A DNA stretch of 64,000 bases from Balanoglossus misakiensis. Lineage: Eukaryota; Animalia; Hemichordata. Position 1 is the stretch's first letter; each line of letters begins with the position of its first letter. Both the position numbers and the translations under genes were made by a program. Location: the NCBI GenBank assembly GCA_040954595.2, contig CM082577.2, forward strand, positions 10,441,846 through 10,505,845, read 5' to 3'. Under the pieces are notes generated by a model. It did not search any database. It was not told the DNA's origin and saw nothing but the letters and a program-made list of their open reading frames with translations. This document shows, in pieces, positions 1 to 13,000 of this stretch.

Positions 1-3000
1 ACTTTCTGTTTTCGACATCATATGGGTTATATATTCAGCAAATCGTGAAAAAATTGAATTGCATTTTTGTGGTTGCTATCATGGAATTCCAGTACTCCAA
101 AAATCACACACATTCTTCTTTGTGTGAACATTTTGCATTCACTTTCTTTTCTCTAGCCCTTTTTTGGAAATTTGATATTTTATGAATAAATAGAACTGCA
201 GACAGCTTTCATGTTTATGATGTTTTAGGACAACAGAAATTGGATAGTTTTAAGCCTTCACCTTACTCCTGACACACAGCAAATATGGGGCACTACCCTG
301 TGGTTGTGTAGGACTGGAATCTTGTCCGATATCCATGAGAATGGCAAAAAATATATGGTCGGCTCATATAGTCATATGTATATCATGATTGATGTGGTTG
401 TTTAGCAACTCCTGCCTCGTGGCTATTTTCATCTCCCTTTGTTTTAATACGTTCGACTCAAACCTTCCAGTATTTTTTGATGGCTGGATGACGCAGGGCG
501 TAATTGTAATCTCGGGCTGTCGACACTGACAGTTGAATTTTGTATTTAAAAAAAAAATAGTGGTTTCACGGTGATTGATAGTGGCCATGGCAACCTCTGA
601 TATTAATAATGTGTCAAGTGCAAGTGGTGCTGTCATTGACATTGGCGTTTATGATATCCATACATCATGATATGCAGCGTCGTTATTTGAGAGTGGCCAT
701 GCGTTGGTTCATCCTCCAGGGGTTTTTAGTTCATGAATTGTTTTCAGCAAGTGTGGTTGCATGTTAATTGTAAACTTTTCTGGGAAAATGTGAATGGACT
801 CAAATGTTTCAGAGTATCGCAACCAGATTGTTTTAAGTGCCTTTTTTCATGTATTCTATATCTGCCGCTATCATCTTTTGTTATTGAGACCTAAAAACAT
901 ATGTGCACATCTCTGGACAAAAAAAACGCAATGGCCACACTTTCATTGATTTTTTCTGCATAGAATTTGAAGGGTATCCATTCATGTTTTGTAACTTTAT
1001 GTACCAGTATCACTTCTCAGGTCCTTCACGACGAAATCAATAAAATCGGTATTTTTAAAATTTCATCTGCTGGTTTCTCTGTGACCTACGTGATTTTAAA
1101 ACCTGGGACCACGAAACTACAAGATCATGAGGTTCAGGTGAAAAAATAATATGTTAGATAACTCAAGTAGCAAGTCTCAATTACATCAGCAAACATTTCA
1201 GAAATACAATTTTTCGACTGCCTGTTTGTCTGTCCTTGGTAGATTTTTCAACAATGGTGGTGGAAGGATAAAAGTGCACTTTCACCCGATTCTCATAACT
1301 AGCTCAGTTCCTGCACCGCCGCCGTCGGTTGTGTGTCCAAAATTAGCTAGACGTCGAGAATCGTTTGTGGACGTTTCCTGATTGTACGTGGTCGTGACAT
1401 CCAACACTTTTGTGGTTTGCCTGTCGTACATCGTAATAAAAGCCTTGTCAATTCCTGACGCCTGTAATCACTATCTCATCAAGTCAATGTGAAGGTCAAC
1501 GCGGGAAGGCTTAGATGCAGATGTTCCGCATACTTTGTTTATCAAATCATGTCAGACAGAAATTCGAGTGACACATTTCACAAAGTGCTGGTAAAATTAT
1601 ATTCCCGGCTCAAAGGGGGGCATGCAAATTCTCAACCTTGCACACAGCCTCTGACAAATTACAGGCGTTTCTGCTGATTTTTTTTTTCGTGTGTTCCAAT
1701 TCACCTGAAAGATTAAAAACAAGTCATCGTCAATGACATAGTCCCCGCTTTATCATTAGAGTATTACATTGAAGGAGACCTCGGTGGATTGAAATGGAGT
1801 CAAAGCATGTTTGCCTATTTGGCATACCCATATACATCATGATACACTACTTATACTGAGTTCGAATGAAATCAGTTGATGGAATATAGTTCCAGGCTGT
1901 AAAGAAATCTTAACGAAATGACTGACAAGTGGCCATATTTGATCTTGAATCATTACATGAATTGACAAGTAAATAGTCGTTTCAAGAAATGTTAAGGCAT
2001 ATATGTGAATAAGGTCTTTAGGACATGAGAAAATCGTAATAAAATGGATATTTGACCATACAACACATCCTAAAACCTCTTGATGTGAATATATATACGT
2101 CAGTACATTGTCGTTATATCAAGGTTGAGTATAATATATGCCCCCATCGGACTTTGTCTAAGGGGACTAAAAACATCTTTTGGGGGGATGAGGGTCACTG
2201 ATGCATGGCAGTGATGCTAGTCACAGTAATTGCTTCATTTAAACTGAGGACTGGGACAGGGTTCAAGGCGTCACCTTGACTTCGCCTGCTGATTGTTGGA
2301 TGGACGTCCATCCGATGTTTACCATGTGTTTGGATTATTTCGTTGATCGGCCAAAACTCTATATCCTGTGTTTAGTCTGTCACTTTTTTACAGTTTGTGT
2401 AATTGTTCATGTATAAGTTCCTGTATTTATGTGTTTTTATGAGCGTCTGTATTGTCCTAGTGCGGGGAAGGAACAAGATACATCTGGTCCACTTCATGTC
2501 TCATTCTGGCTGTCTGTCTGGCTACATACATGTATGTCCTTCTTCTTGACTGCCTGTAATGTGTCTCCTTGGTAGATTTTTCAACAAAACAAGTCTCAAG
2601 TTTAATTCCAGATTCACTCTCCCTGTCTGTGCATCCACCGTCTGTTCACACATGCATTTTCCCTTCACTGTAAATTTCCAATATTCCCAATCCTGTGTGT
2701 TTTTTTTCTGTCTGTCCGTCTGTTTGTTTGTTTGTCTGTCTGTCTGTGTACCCAGTTCAAATTTCTGAGATGTTTTGTACACTCTATTTCTCATTCCGTC
2801 GGTCGGTGTCGTCTGTCAAATGACCCTCTTTTCACCCCGCCTCCATGTCCCTCAATCCACTTTAATGTACAAACTGGAGGACAACATATGGAACGTCTGC
2901 TCACATATAATCACCTTAATACTCTCTTCTCAAATCTCCACCCCCACCTGATCAAGTTTTGTTATTGTGGCCACAAATTGGTAGATTAAACAGAGTGGGT

Positions 3001-6000
3001 AGATTTGGGGTAGAATTCTAGTATTAATATAATAAATCACCTTTTTTTCAGCAAGAAAGTCAAATTTAATAACCAAATTTAATTTGGATGATGACCTGAT
3101 TCACAAGCCCTGGAGGCTACTTATAAGTGTGGAGGCAACCTGAACAATACTACTTTCAGTGTCTTTAGTCTTCCTCTCAAGTTAACAAAGTAATCTCTGA
3201 GATTATTAACACACCTGGTGTGTGTTACACTTGAGGGTTGGTGATTTCTGTCACAGCAGGTCATGTGATTTACAGATGGCCAATCAGCAACCTTTGCTCA
3301 GCCGAACAGGATGATGTCCCTTTGAAAACAGAGCGTTATAATTGTGAATGCACTTGAATTACAATTACAACTTTGAGTGCATTGAGGTGGGAGGGCGAGC
3401 TAAACATTTAGAATGAATACATTTCAAATGTATTATTAAAAATTCAGAAGAATCATGCAGGGACTGTATTAGGACTTTGAATATAAACCACGCGGAAAAT
3501 AGAAATTAAAATAATAATAATGTCAACTAGTTGGATTTTATGGACAGCAAAGAAATGAAATTAGCTGCGAATTAGTCACAGCCAGCCATAAAATAGTGAT
3601 AACATCTTTGATGGTCTGGAAACAACAGTGAGTTCGACTGGGGAGGCAGTTAAAAACCGACACCAAGCCAGGTGCAATTGTAAAATTACATGTCACGTGA
3701 CGGATAGCCTGTAGATTAGTTGTTACTTATCAACGTCATTGGTGTAGATGCCGGAAATACGGCAGGCCTACTAAAAATTGTCTTTCAGCCACACCGGTAG
3801 TGTGTTTCGAAGACGGAAATCATGCTAACATATCGCTTAATATTTAAAAAAAACAGACGTCAGACATAAATAATTTTTGCTGGCACAAGTTAAAATATTT
3901 ACAATATCTGACAGACAAGGTTTACTGTTACTGGAAATATGTCCATTCCTCTATCCCATATACTAACAGTCTAACAAATGAATGTAATTGTTTCCGGTAA
4001 AACCTAATGGAATATTTTAATGGGTCCTCCATATTGCAAGTCTAGAAATATATTTACCATTAATACCCCAAGGGATGGCTTGTGATGGTGGTATTATGTG
4101 AAAGGAATGATACGGGTACCCTGCAAAAATATTAAATGTATCCAGAAATTCTCTGTTACGTTGGTGCATGTTTTAAATATTAATCAGGTGACATGAAAAT
4201 ATACCACCTTTGAGTATTGTGAGCTTTTGAACATCAGACAGAACTGCATATTTTCATGCTTGAAATGTTCTGAATTGTGAAAAGATACTACATGTAATTA
4301 TGCTCTGTAGGGAACTATTTAAATTTGGAAAAGGCAGTTGATGGAAAAATGACTTTTCTAACCTTTTTAAAATTTCAAATGATCTATAACTTGGGTCATC
4401 ATGGCCGCATTAGTCAAAATATTTTATGTGCCATACATACATGTATATAGTAAAACAATATTAATATTTCTATCTCAGATCTCATTAGCACTGGGAATAA
4501 ATGCCAATTTGGGTCAGTGTGATGTTAGTCAACTTTTAAACCTCACACAGCTGTCTGAAAAGGTACATGTTTGTGTGGGTCCCATTTTGGAACATGTGTA
4601 ATTGCCTCTTTAATATTGTCAGAGTTGCCATGATGCTAAGATCTGTAATTGGTTTTGAGAATTTTCTACCTTAAGTGACTGCTTTGATGTATGAAATCTG
4701 ATGCTGCTTCCCATATCGCAACGAGTTCAGGGAGATTGTTTTATAACCGATGGCACATTTGCTGGCCATGTGACTGTTTTTATGTTGTTCACACCCACAC
4801 AAACAGGATGCTGCAATGCCCCGTATTCAGCTTGCCCTCGCTCATGCAGTTGTCTCCGTGGCAACACGGGGTGTCGGTTGAGTGACTTGAAATCCGGCAT
4901 CAAATCATCCGTCAGAGCTTTGTTTCCACAGCAACGCAAATGAGTGACATTTAGGGTCGTTAGAGCAATGTCAAAATGCAACTTGTCTGCTTCATGTCAG
5001 ACTAGCTCTCTGCTGCACTAGGATTTTTGCGTGTCATCGTTTTTGGGTGCATCTGCAGTTTTCGCTACATGTACATGGGCTTATGCTATGTCCAGTATAC
5101 TGACTGATAACACTTCATTCTCTGTGTGTGTCCATGCAGCTGTCCTCACTCAGAATTAAATTTGAGGAAATTGTCAGTGAAGATAATTCAAGGAGGGGGT
5201 ACACATGCACAGACGACAGCTTTCAAGTGCTGTACACACAAAAATGCAGCATGTTGTCCAGACAGGACCATTCTATCGACTCTGCTAGCTTCTTCTGTTG
5301 ATTGAAAATGCACACAAAGCCAGTTTGTACATGTATGTGTCAAACGTAGCATACGTGATTAAAAATACAACATTCAAGGCAGATGGATATTTTTATCAGT
5401 CAATCGATACTCGAACCTCGTCCGTGTTTTGGCTGGTAGCTGGTTTCTTTTCTGGCGGATTTCAATTGTGCACTGACAAACATGTCATCAATACTGCGCC
5501 AGAATGCCGCTATTGAATTTGGTTAAAATGTCCTTTCTAGTGTCTGCGTGCTGATGTTTAAAAGGGCTGTCAGCTGGGGAGGGTTTTATCGGCTTGCGAT
5601 AAATGCTGCATTTATATGTGATGCTTTTATTAGCACCCATCGACACACATCCACTCATCAAGTATTGGACGTCCGTGAGGTTGTAGTTCTGGTCTTAATC
5701 AATAAAGCGAACTGTCCGTCATTTTAGTACCCACAGACAAAGTCCAAGGGGGGGGGGGGGGGGGGGGGGGTCTTACAGATTTGGCTCTTGACCGTATGTA
5801 TGTATATATGTAAATGTATGTTAAAAACTTAGAAATACCTTGATTGATTTATGACTATCAAACTGCAGTGAGAAAATTGATGATGATCAAAAAAATGCAC
5901 TACCTTGATGTACATTGTACCTTGCAATTTTTGTGGCTTGGGGCGTGTTTTCTGTAATGTATTTAACGTCTGAAACAGTTGCCTTGATTTAAAAAAAAAA

Positions 6001-6853
6001 AAACTAGTACACAGGTGAAAAATTTCTAGGATGGGTTGACAAACAAGCAGACGACCGGAATTTTATGAGAAACTGACCGACAATGTGTCTCTGTCAGCAG
6101 TGTGCTGGCATCAGTCGCAACATCCCCTGAATGACAACTTGCAATCAGACGAACAAATATTCACGATTACTGCCAAGTAATTATTTCGAAGAAAAAAATT
6201 GTGAAAAATGCCTCTGCATGTCAGACTCACTTTGACATGAGTTCAACATGTCTGGCAGCGACCACAATACCGACGGCCATTCATATAAAACGGCTTCTTT
6301 GTAAAAATTTAATCATGCGATGTCTAAAAATGAATTCCAACATGTCCATCACATATCACAATTTCAATACATTGTAATTCTTCGATTACCTCGCGTAAAA
6401 AGCAGACATAATGTTCAAATGTAAATTTTTAATTGCTGCGTTTAAAAACCACATTTGAGGTGTCGTGTGTTTAGATTTTTAATGACCGTGTTTGTGCTGT
6501 GTCCTTGTAAAATAAGAAGGGATGATATCGTCTGTTTTCTCAGACTCTGATACTATGATAGTTCACGAAGTTGAAACTAAGTCGGTCATTCCCACATCAG
6601 ATTTTTGATTGGCAGCCCTGAAGCGAATTTGTTACAGTAAAAATTTTCTGAAGTGGACACCATAGGGACTTTGGAAATCTGATGGATTAACGTTCGCAGA
6701 GGGTATGGTGTATAGAATGTCTCTTCTATATCCTAGTATCTTATGAGAAGTGAATTGGAAGAGGTGGCCAGTATCTGGTTTTCAGGTTAGATGGGACTTG
6801 GTTTCGACAGGTTTGACTGCAAAAATTATACATCTCATTTTCTTATCCATGTA

Positions 6854-7029
6854 CAGTAAAACCTGTCTAAACCAGACACCAAAGGGACTGAAGAAATTGT
6901 TCAGTTGGCAGAGGCGTCTGGTTTATGGAAATGCCTTTAACTAAGGTTCTATGTCACAGGGTCTAGAAAGGGTGATCGGTATAGACAGTTTTCCAGATTA
7001 GACAGGGTTCGGTTTAGGCAGGTTCACTG
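6854..7029. mobile_element. MITE, TA-flanked, CAGT...ACTG termini (Tc1/mariner-pogo type)
   Basis: TA|CAGTAAAACCTGTCTAAACC ... GGTTTAGGCAGGTTCACTG|TA imperfect terminal inverted repeats; related pieces at about 28770-28951, 37840-37866 and 42931-43090. Confidence 0.75.
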
Positions 7030-10000
7030 TAGGTGTACATTGTAACTATGCACATACCGGTAAATGCTGATCAAGAAGTTACTGAAAAAGCATATGTGAG
7101 CTAAAAATTAGACTGCACACACTGGGGGAAAATATCATTTGATGAGACTTTGAAAAGCGCATTGTGTATCAGAAACCTGTGACGCCAGCTCAAATCAAAA
7201 AGTCCTGTGTTACTCTTTTTCAAATTAAAAGTGAAACTTTATTTTTGCACCCTGACAGATGCCTTCAGTGGCGAGCAACACATTGTCAGAAAATTGCTAT
7301 TCATAATTCTATTGACAAAAACTGTCAGACAGATCATTTCTCAGTGGCCATATTGTGTAACATTCTTGCCATATGGGAATTTTTTACCCCTTTTGAAAGT
7401 ATGAAGTTTGCAGAATTCTCGCACAGACTGATTATTTTGACAGGAACCTAATGTAAAATTGGTTGAAAATTATTTTAAAAGAACCAGACGGAACCACCAT
7501 ATTGCAGCGTTGTCGGAAAAAAAAATTGTGCGATAATTTTATCACCAGTAATGTACGTGACACAACACCGGTTTATATGGTGATATATTCTCCCTTTTAA
7601 TGTGTGTGTCGCATATTTTGGCCGGGTGTGAATTGGAACAAACCTGTCTCACAAAAGCCGATGAATGCCGAGCATGTGTTGCCCTTCTCTGAGTGTTTGA
7701 GAAAAATAAAACTGTGACGCAGGACTCTCGAGTGGAGGAGATGATGTGCTCTTTTATGAAACTCGTCGAGTTGAATAACCTTTTATATTTATACAGTGTA
7801 TGGATGATGTAAATGCTCTTCATGAATTTCTTTTGAAATCATGGAAAACCGGCATACAGACAATTTGTTCGGAGTTTTGAGGGTATTTTATTTTTGCAAA
7901 TCACATGTTCAAAGCAAATATTTTTTTTGCGATTTCTGTGTTCCAATGACGTACATGTACATTTTGTCTCATGCTTTATAAAAAAAACCCATGCAGTCTC
8001 TTTGAAATGACGATTGTCAGTCTGAGCTAATGATGATGTTTCACTTGATTCAGTGTTTGACTTAGCTTACCACTATCATCCTATTTTTAGCTCTGCTGTC
8101 AGCCAGGCAGAGCGTATCAGATAGGTTGTTTGTCTGTCTGTTTGGCTGTCCGTTTGTCCATCTGCTGGAAGTACACTTTTGAAATTCTGTATGCAGGTTT
8201 ATTCAGGTAAACTGCATCAGGTTTGATCAAATCGTGACATAATCTGCGGTATTGTATTTTGGGGCAATTTTTGCCAATTTTGGTCAAAACAATCTTCAAA
8301 ACTCTTCATAGGATCCATATCTAGACCAAAAGGTGCATGTGGGTGGTGGTGGTTGGAAAGTAATTGGAAAATTTTAAATCCCCGAATGGACAGAAATCCG
8401 CACAGCGGTCATTACCTTCCACTTTAATATTGTATTCTTCGCAGAGGCTTCACTCATTACTTCTTGACAGTCGCCAATTATGGTGGCTGCCGTGCATGTA
8501 TTATTTGCACTTTCCAGGTTTCTAAAAAACAGAACCCACAAAAAATAGACACAGTTTCCTGTGAACTTTAATGCAAATGCGAATATCCTGTAACTTAGAT
8601 TTTAAATGACTTCCATCAAATCTGTTACGTTTATGTAAGTCCAAAAAATGGTGGTACCGAGGTACAATTGTATACATCATTGAGAAATAATAAGACAAAG
8701 TTAAGGCCATGTGTGGTTAGTAACAAAGCCTAAAACATAACTTGCATGCCCCCAAGCTTGTCTAAGCCTAGCAAAGTGGCTGCATTTTGATTATAGTACA
8801 TGATTATAGTACATGTATTATTGCCTACATCTCTTCTTTTTTTCTGGCGATGCCGGAAAACAATGGTGATTTTACTGAAAACATGATCATATCAAACACA
8901 ATGTTGATTGCTTTTGAGCTCAATGGGCAATGAAAAATATGAGGCATTACATCCTTAAATCCATGTGAATACTGTGACTAGATTTTTTGTTATCGTTTTT
9001 CACCATCAAAAGTGCGTATGAATAGCAGAGTTTATAGGACCGTATTTCATGATTAAAAAATATGGTGCGGAAAAATTAATATCGACTGTTCACAGCTGGG
9101 TGATAATCTAGGCATGATTTCATCAAAGCGTCAGAACGATAAGTGGTTTTAATTGAGGAGGTAACATATGATGTATCTTTTTAGATCCAATTTGAATCGC
9201 CCCCCTTTTTTAGTGTAAAGCGTGTACTTAATTTGATTAATGGCTGTCATCCAGAAGCAATGATGTGAGTTTCAGTTTCCGTGCAGTATGTTTTAACTGA
9301 TAAAACGAATCTGTGTTTAGAAGAAACAAAAAATACAAGCTAGCGATTCGTAGAACTCGCACTAGTGCCGCCGATGTGCATAAGGCCCCTATCAGAGCCG
9401 TAATGTGTCTAAACCACAAATGGCACAATAATTGAAATGTCTGGTGGAGATAAAATCTCGGGGAGAGAAAAACAGTGATTTCAGTGTGGCAGGCTGGCCC
9501 CGGCCGTGTGACTGATACAATTATACTCCTGCCCGCATTTCACTGGGTTTGTTAACCAGAACACAAATACTTTTTTTTATCTGTGTGTGTGTGCATTAGA
9601 CTGATGGAAGCACAATGTCATCTTCTCGAGATGTCGGCCATGTTTGGTGATTTTTATCTATTCGTCTTGTACAGTACTAGTGTACATGTATCATTGCCCT
9701 GGCAGTGTCACTTCACTCGACCGCCGTACAGCATGTCGCGGGCAATTTTTCTGTGCCATTTGCAAGAACAGATCTTGCGGAGGACTGAATTGAGAATTGA
9801 AAAAGTATGCTCAATCCTGCGTGCCTGGCAATCTAGGTGATTTAAACGGACATGCATTTTCAGGACAAAATGCCAGCTGCATGCTTCATAGAAATTGAAA
9901 AGGGCTCGTTATCGGCATCTCGCGGTGGCTACGAATTGAATTCTTCTGGCTATCGGCTGTCGCCATGTAGTGCATATATACATGCACCGCTATAACCACA

Positions 10001-13000
10001 AAGAGAACTGTCTTATCTATCAGAGTTTGGACGATTTTCTTCGGGAAACGTGTTTTTTTTGTCTGTCTTTAAAGATTACAGCATCACTTGACAGTGATAA
10101 ATCGGTGACACATATTCAGCGTTTCAAACACAAGACAGGTTTGTCCTGAGGATGTGCAGAATGTTCTCCTTAACGACGGCCATTTTGATTTTACTGCCAA
10201 GCCCATTACGTGATAACGGCATAACCTTGAACCAAAGCATGTCATATTGGTCACATCATTCACCAAATTGCCAACTGTGGATATTTGTTCAAATATGTGA
10301 AACATTTTTAGTCTCTTGATCAGGGAATGCTGTGGTACATAATATTCTGATTGTCGTTCATGTGATACGTGAATCTTGATTTTAAAAAAAGTTCTGGATA
10401 TTCAATAAATGCAACTACAAACATAATTTGTTATTGTTAGCCATCTTGTAGCTTCAGAGTCATTGATTGGTCAGCTTGACATGCTAATTTTCCTGATAAC
10501 TTTTATGGTATCCAAGAATTCATACATCTGCACCTACACTCTGGTTGAGGGATACTACATGTACATGTAGCTCCACCTGTGTGTTCCAGAACACGACATA
10601 GAAACATGATGCTGTAAGAAGCCTGTCCCATGTCGTCTTGCCGGGGCTTGACGACCACAGGAGTTGGGAATATATAATTATGCGTTCCCCGGTCTGAATC
10701 CTGAATGTATCTGATGAATCTCAATAAAGGTCTCTTCTGAGGTGATGAGTTTGTGATCTGGGGGATGGCAGATCTTTCTTTCATTGTTGCCATGGACACA
10801 AAGCAAGTTCAGTCTTCATCAGTGATGTCTCCTCACCCACATGATTTTTTAATTAAAAATTGTTTTGAATTAAGATATTTCTTTGTACAGAAATTTTGAC
10901 ACAACTAAAATTATTTACTGTCGTTCTCGAGATTGTAGTAAAGAAAGAGATTGTTGTTGCAATTGCAGAAAATGTCTTGCTTGTTTTAGATTATAAATTA
11001 GATTGACTGTGTACGTGCTTAATTTGCTGTAAAGTTTAGTCCAATCAGGATTAGGTTTGAGGTGAAATTTTGAGGTGAATCTGCCTTTATGCGGTGATCA
11101 ATAGCATAGAGTCAAAGTGGAACTTGATTATTTCTTAGGAAAACTTTGGTGTAACTTGTATGTGTTTTTCTATGGGATTTATCCAATCCCTTCTTTTGAA
11201 TGGCAGTTATGAGGGAGACAGATCATCATGCACTAGCTGACACTGACAGTCACACATGATTGGACACAGATTGTCTGTTGGCCGAGGTCTTTCACTCTTT
11301 GATGCAGCGCTGGTCGTACTGATTGGATTCTTCAGGATGTTTTATCAGGGCAAGGCACTTGATGGCACCATTACAGAAGTCTGCTGAAAAAAAGATCACA
11401 ACATTATAGTTTGATGTCACTTTTTTAGGTGGAACGTATCAGTCTGTGCGATATTTCTGCGTCGGTTGAGTGAACCTGTCTGTGTTCATGAGATACATGT
11501 AGCTACTAAACAGCAAAAACATTTGACAACATATGATTTAAATTGAATTTGTCACAACATCAGTTCTCGATTTTGAATATATTTAAACATGCAAAAAAAT
11601 ATATTATTGGACTCCTAAACCTGAAAGCACGTGGTGAGACTTTGGTTTGGCTTTTGCAGACAAAGTGAGATCTCTACACATCACTTAGCCATAAAAGCAC
11701 ACATCATGTTTGAAGAAAATTGTGTTTTTTGTAGTCACAACCATTTTGAAATGAGCAACATTAAAAATTGATGGTTATTGCTCTGAGTGTGTTTGTTTCC
11801 TTGTCTGTCCGGGCAGCGAGTGGCATTAAGTGAAAACATAAATATGCTTTCATGAAATATTTGTAGTTCGGAAGTCTATGTGGACTTGGCACAGCCTTGC
11901 CCTCAGCCCACACTCGCACCGGACAGCACAACACCAAGGCAAAAAAAAATAATTAAATAGGACACCGAAGGTTGTTAACGTTGTGCCACTTGTACGTTAA
12001 TTGGCACAACTGTCCACCCGGCGAACTCTTTACAGTTGTAACACACTGGTAAATCATTACTCCAGTGCAGGCAGACATGCATATACACAAGGTGGGGGCA
12101 GCGAGGCCGTCGGGGTCAAATCCGTGACCCCAGGGCGGAAAACCACAGTTGTAAGGAAAGCACACGAAGCTAATAGGTCGAGGTTCCAGACAAAAACAGC
12201 TGGAGACTCTGCCGGTGGAGAGCGGAACTTGTGTGTGTGCTAACAAGCCGAGGAGAAAAAAAAACATGACATGACATGAAATCAAAGCGATTGGGAACAG
12301 TTAGGTTTATTAACCTACTTAATCCAGATACCATAGTCTCCCCCCGAAACATTTGCTTTGCAACAGATGTAACTAACAGCTGGTGCATGCACGCCCCAAA
12401 TTCACAGAGGTGCTAGTGTTACACATTTTCCTTGGTGGAGATTTGAATTTTTGTGAAATCCTGTTCTGCTTTCAGTTCCCATGGAGATTTATATTCTTCT
12501 GTCTGTTGGTGTGTTGTCCAGAACCGTTGCTAAGTCGTATCTGAAACGGTTTCACCCAAAAATGCCACAGTGACACAGTACTATTAGAGTAGCATGCACG
12601 CATACATGGGAATTTTGGATGGTCCATCTTTACAATCAAATGTAACAGTCAGGTTAATGATCACCTGGTACGTAGCTTTTTTTGCATGTCAGGAGCAATC
12701 ACTCCAAAATGCCTCAGCTATATTAATCTCTTTCAATCCTCACTTCCTCTAGCTTTCTTTGCAGTCTGGGCATTATGGTAGAATATCTTCGTACTGTCAG
12801 TTTAGCTATTGTTGTCCAAACACCGTGAACAGAAATGCCTTGGCCATTACATCTGCCACAGGACAGATTACAGTTTCTGTATTTTAAATCAGTTATTGAC
12901 AATTTCAAAAAATTATTGAGGGGGTAATGTTTTTTTGCATGAAGTCTAATATAACATCAGCTGTAAAAACTTGCATATATTAAAGCACAGTATATAGTCA

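Noticed and set aside
5748-5770. Poly-G run (also near 23633 and 27955) as functional G-quadruplexes
   Set aside because: Simple homopolymers of unreliable length, partly within repeat-derived sequence; no supporting context.
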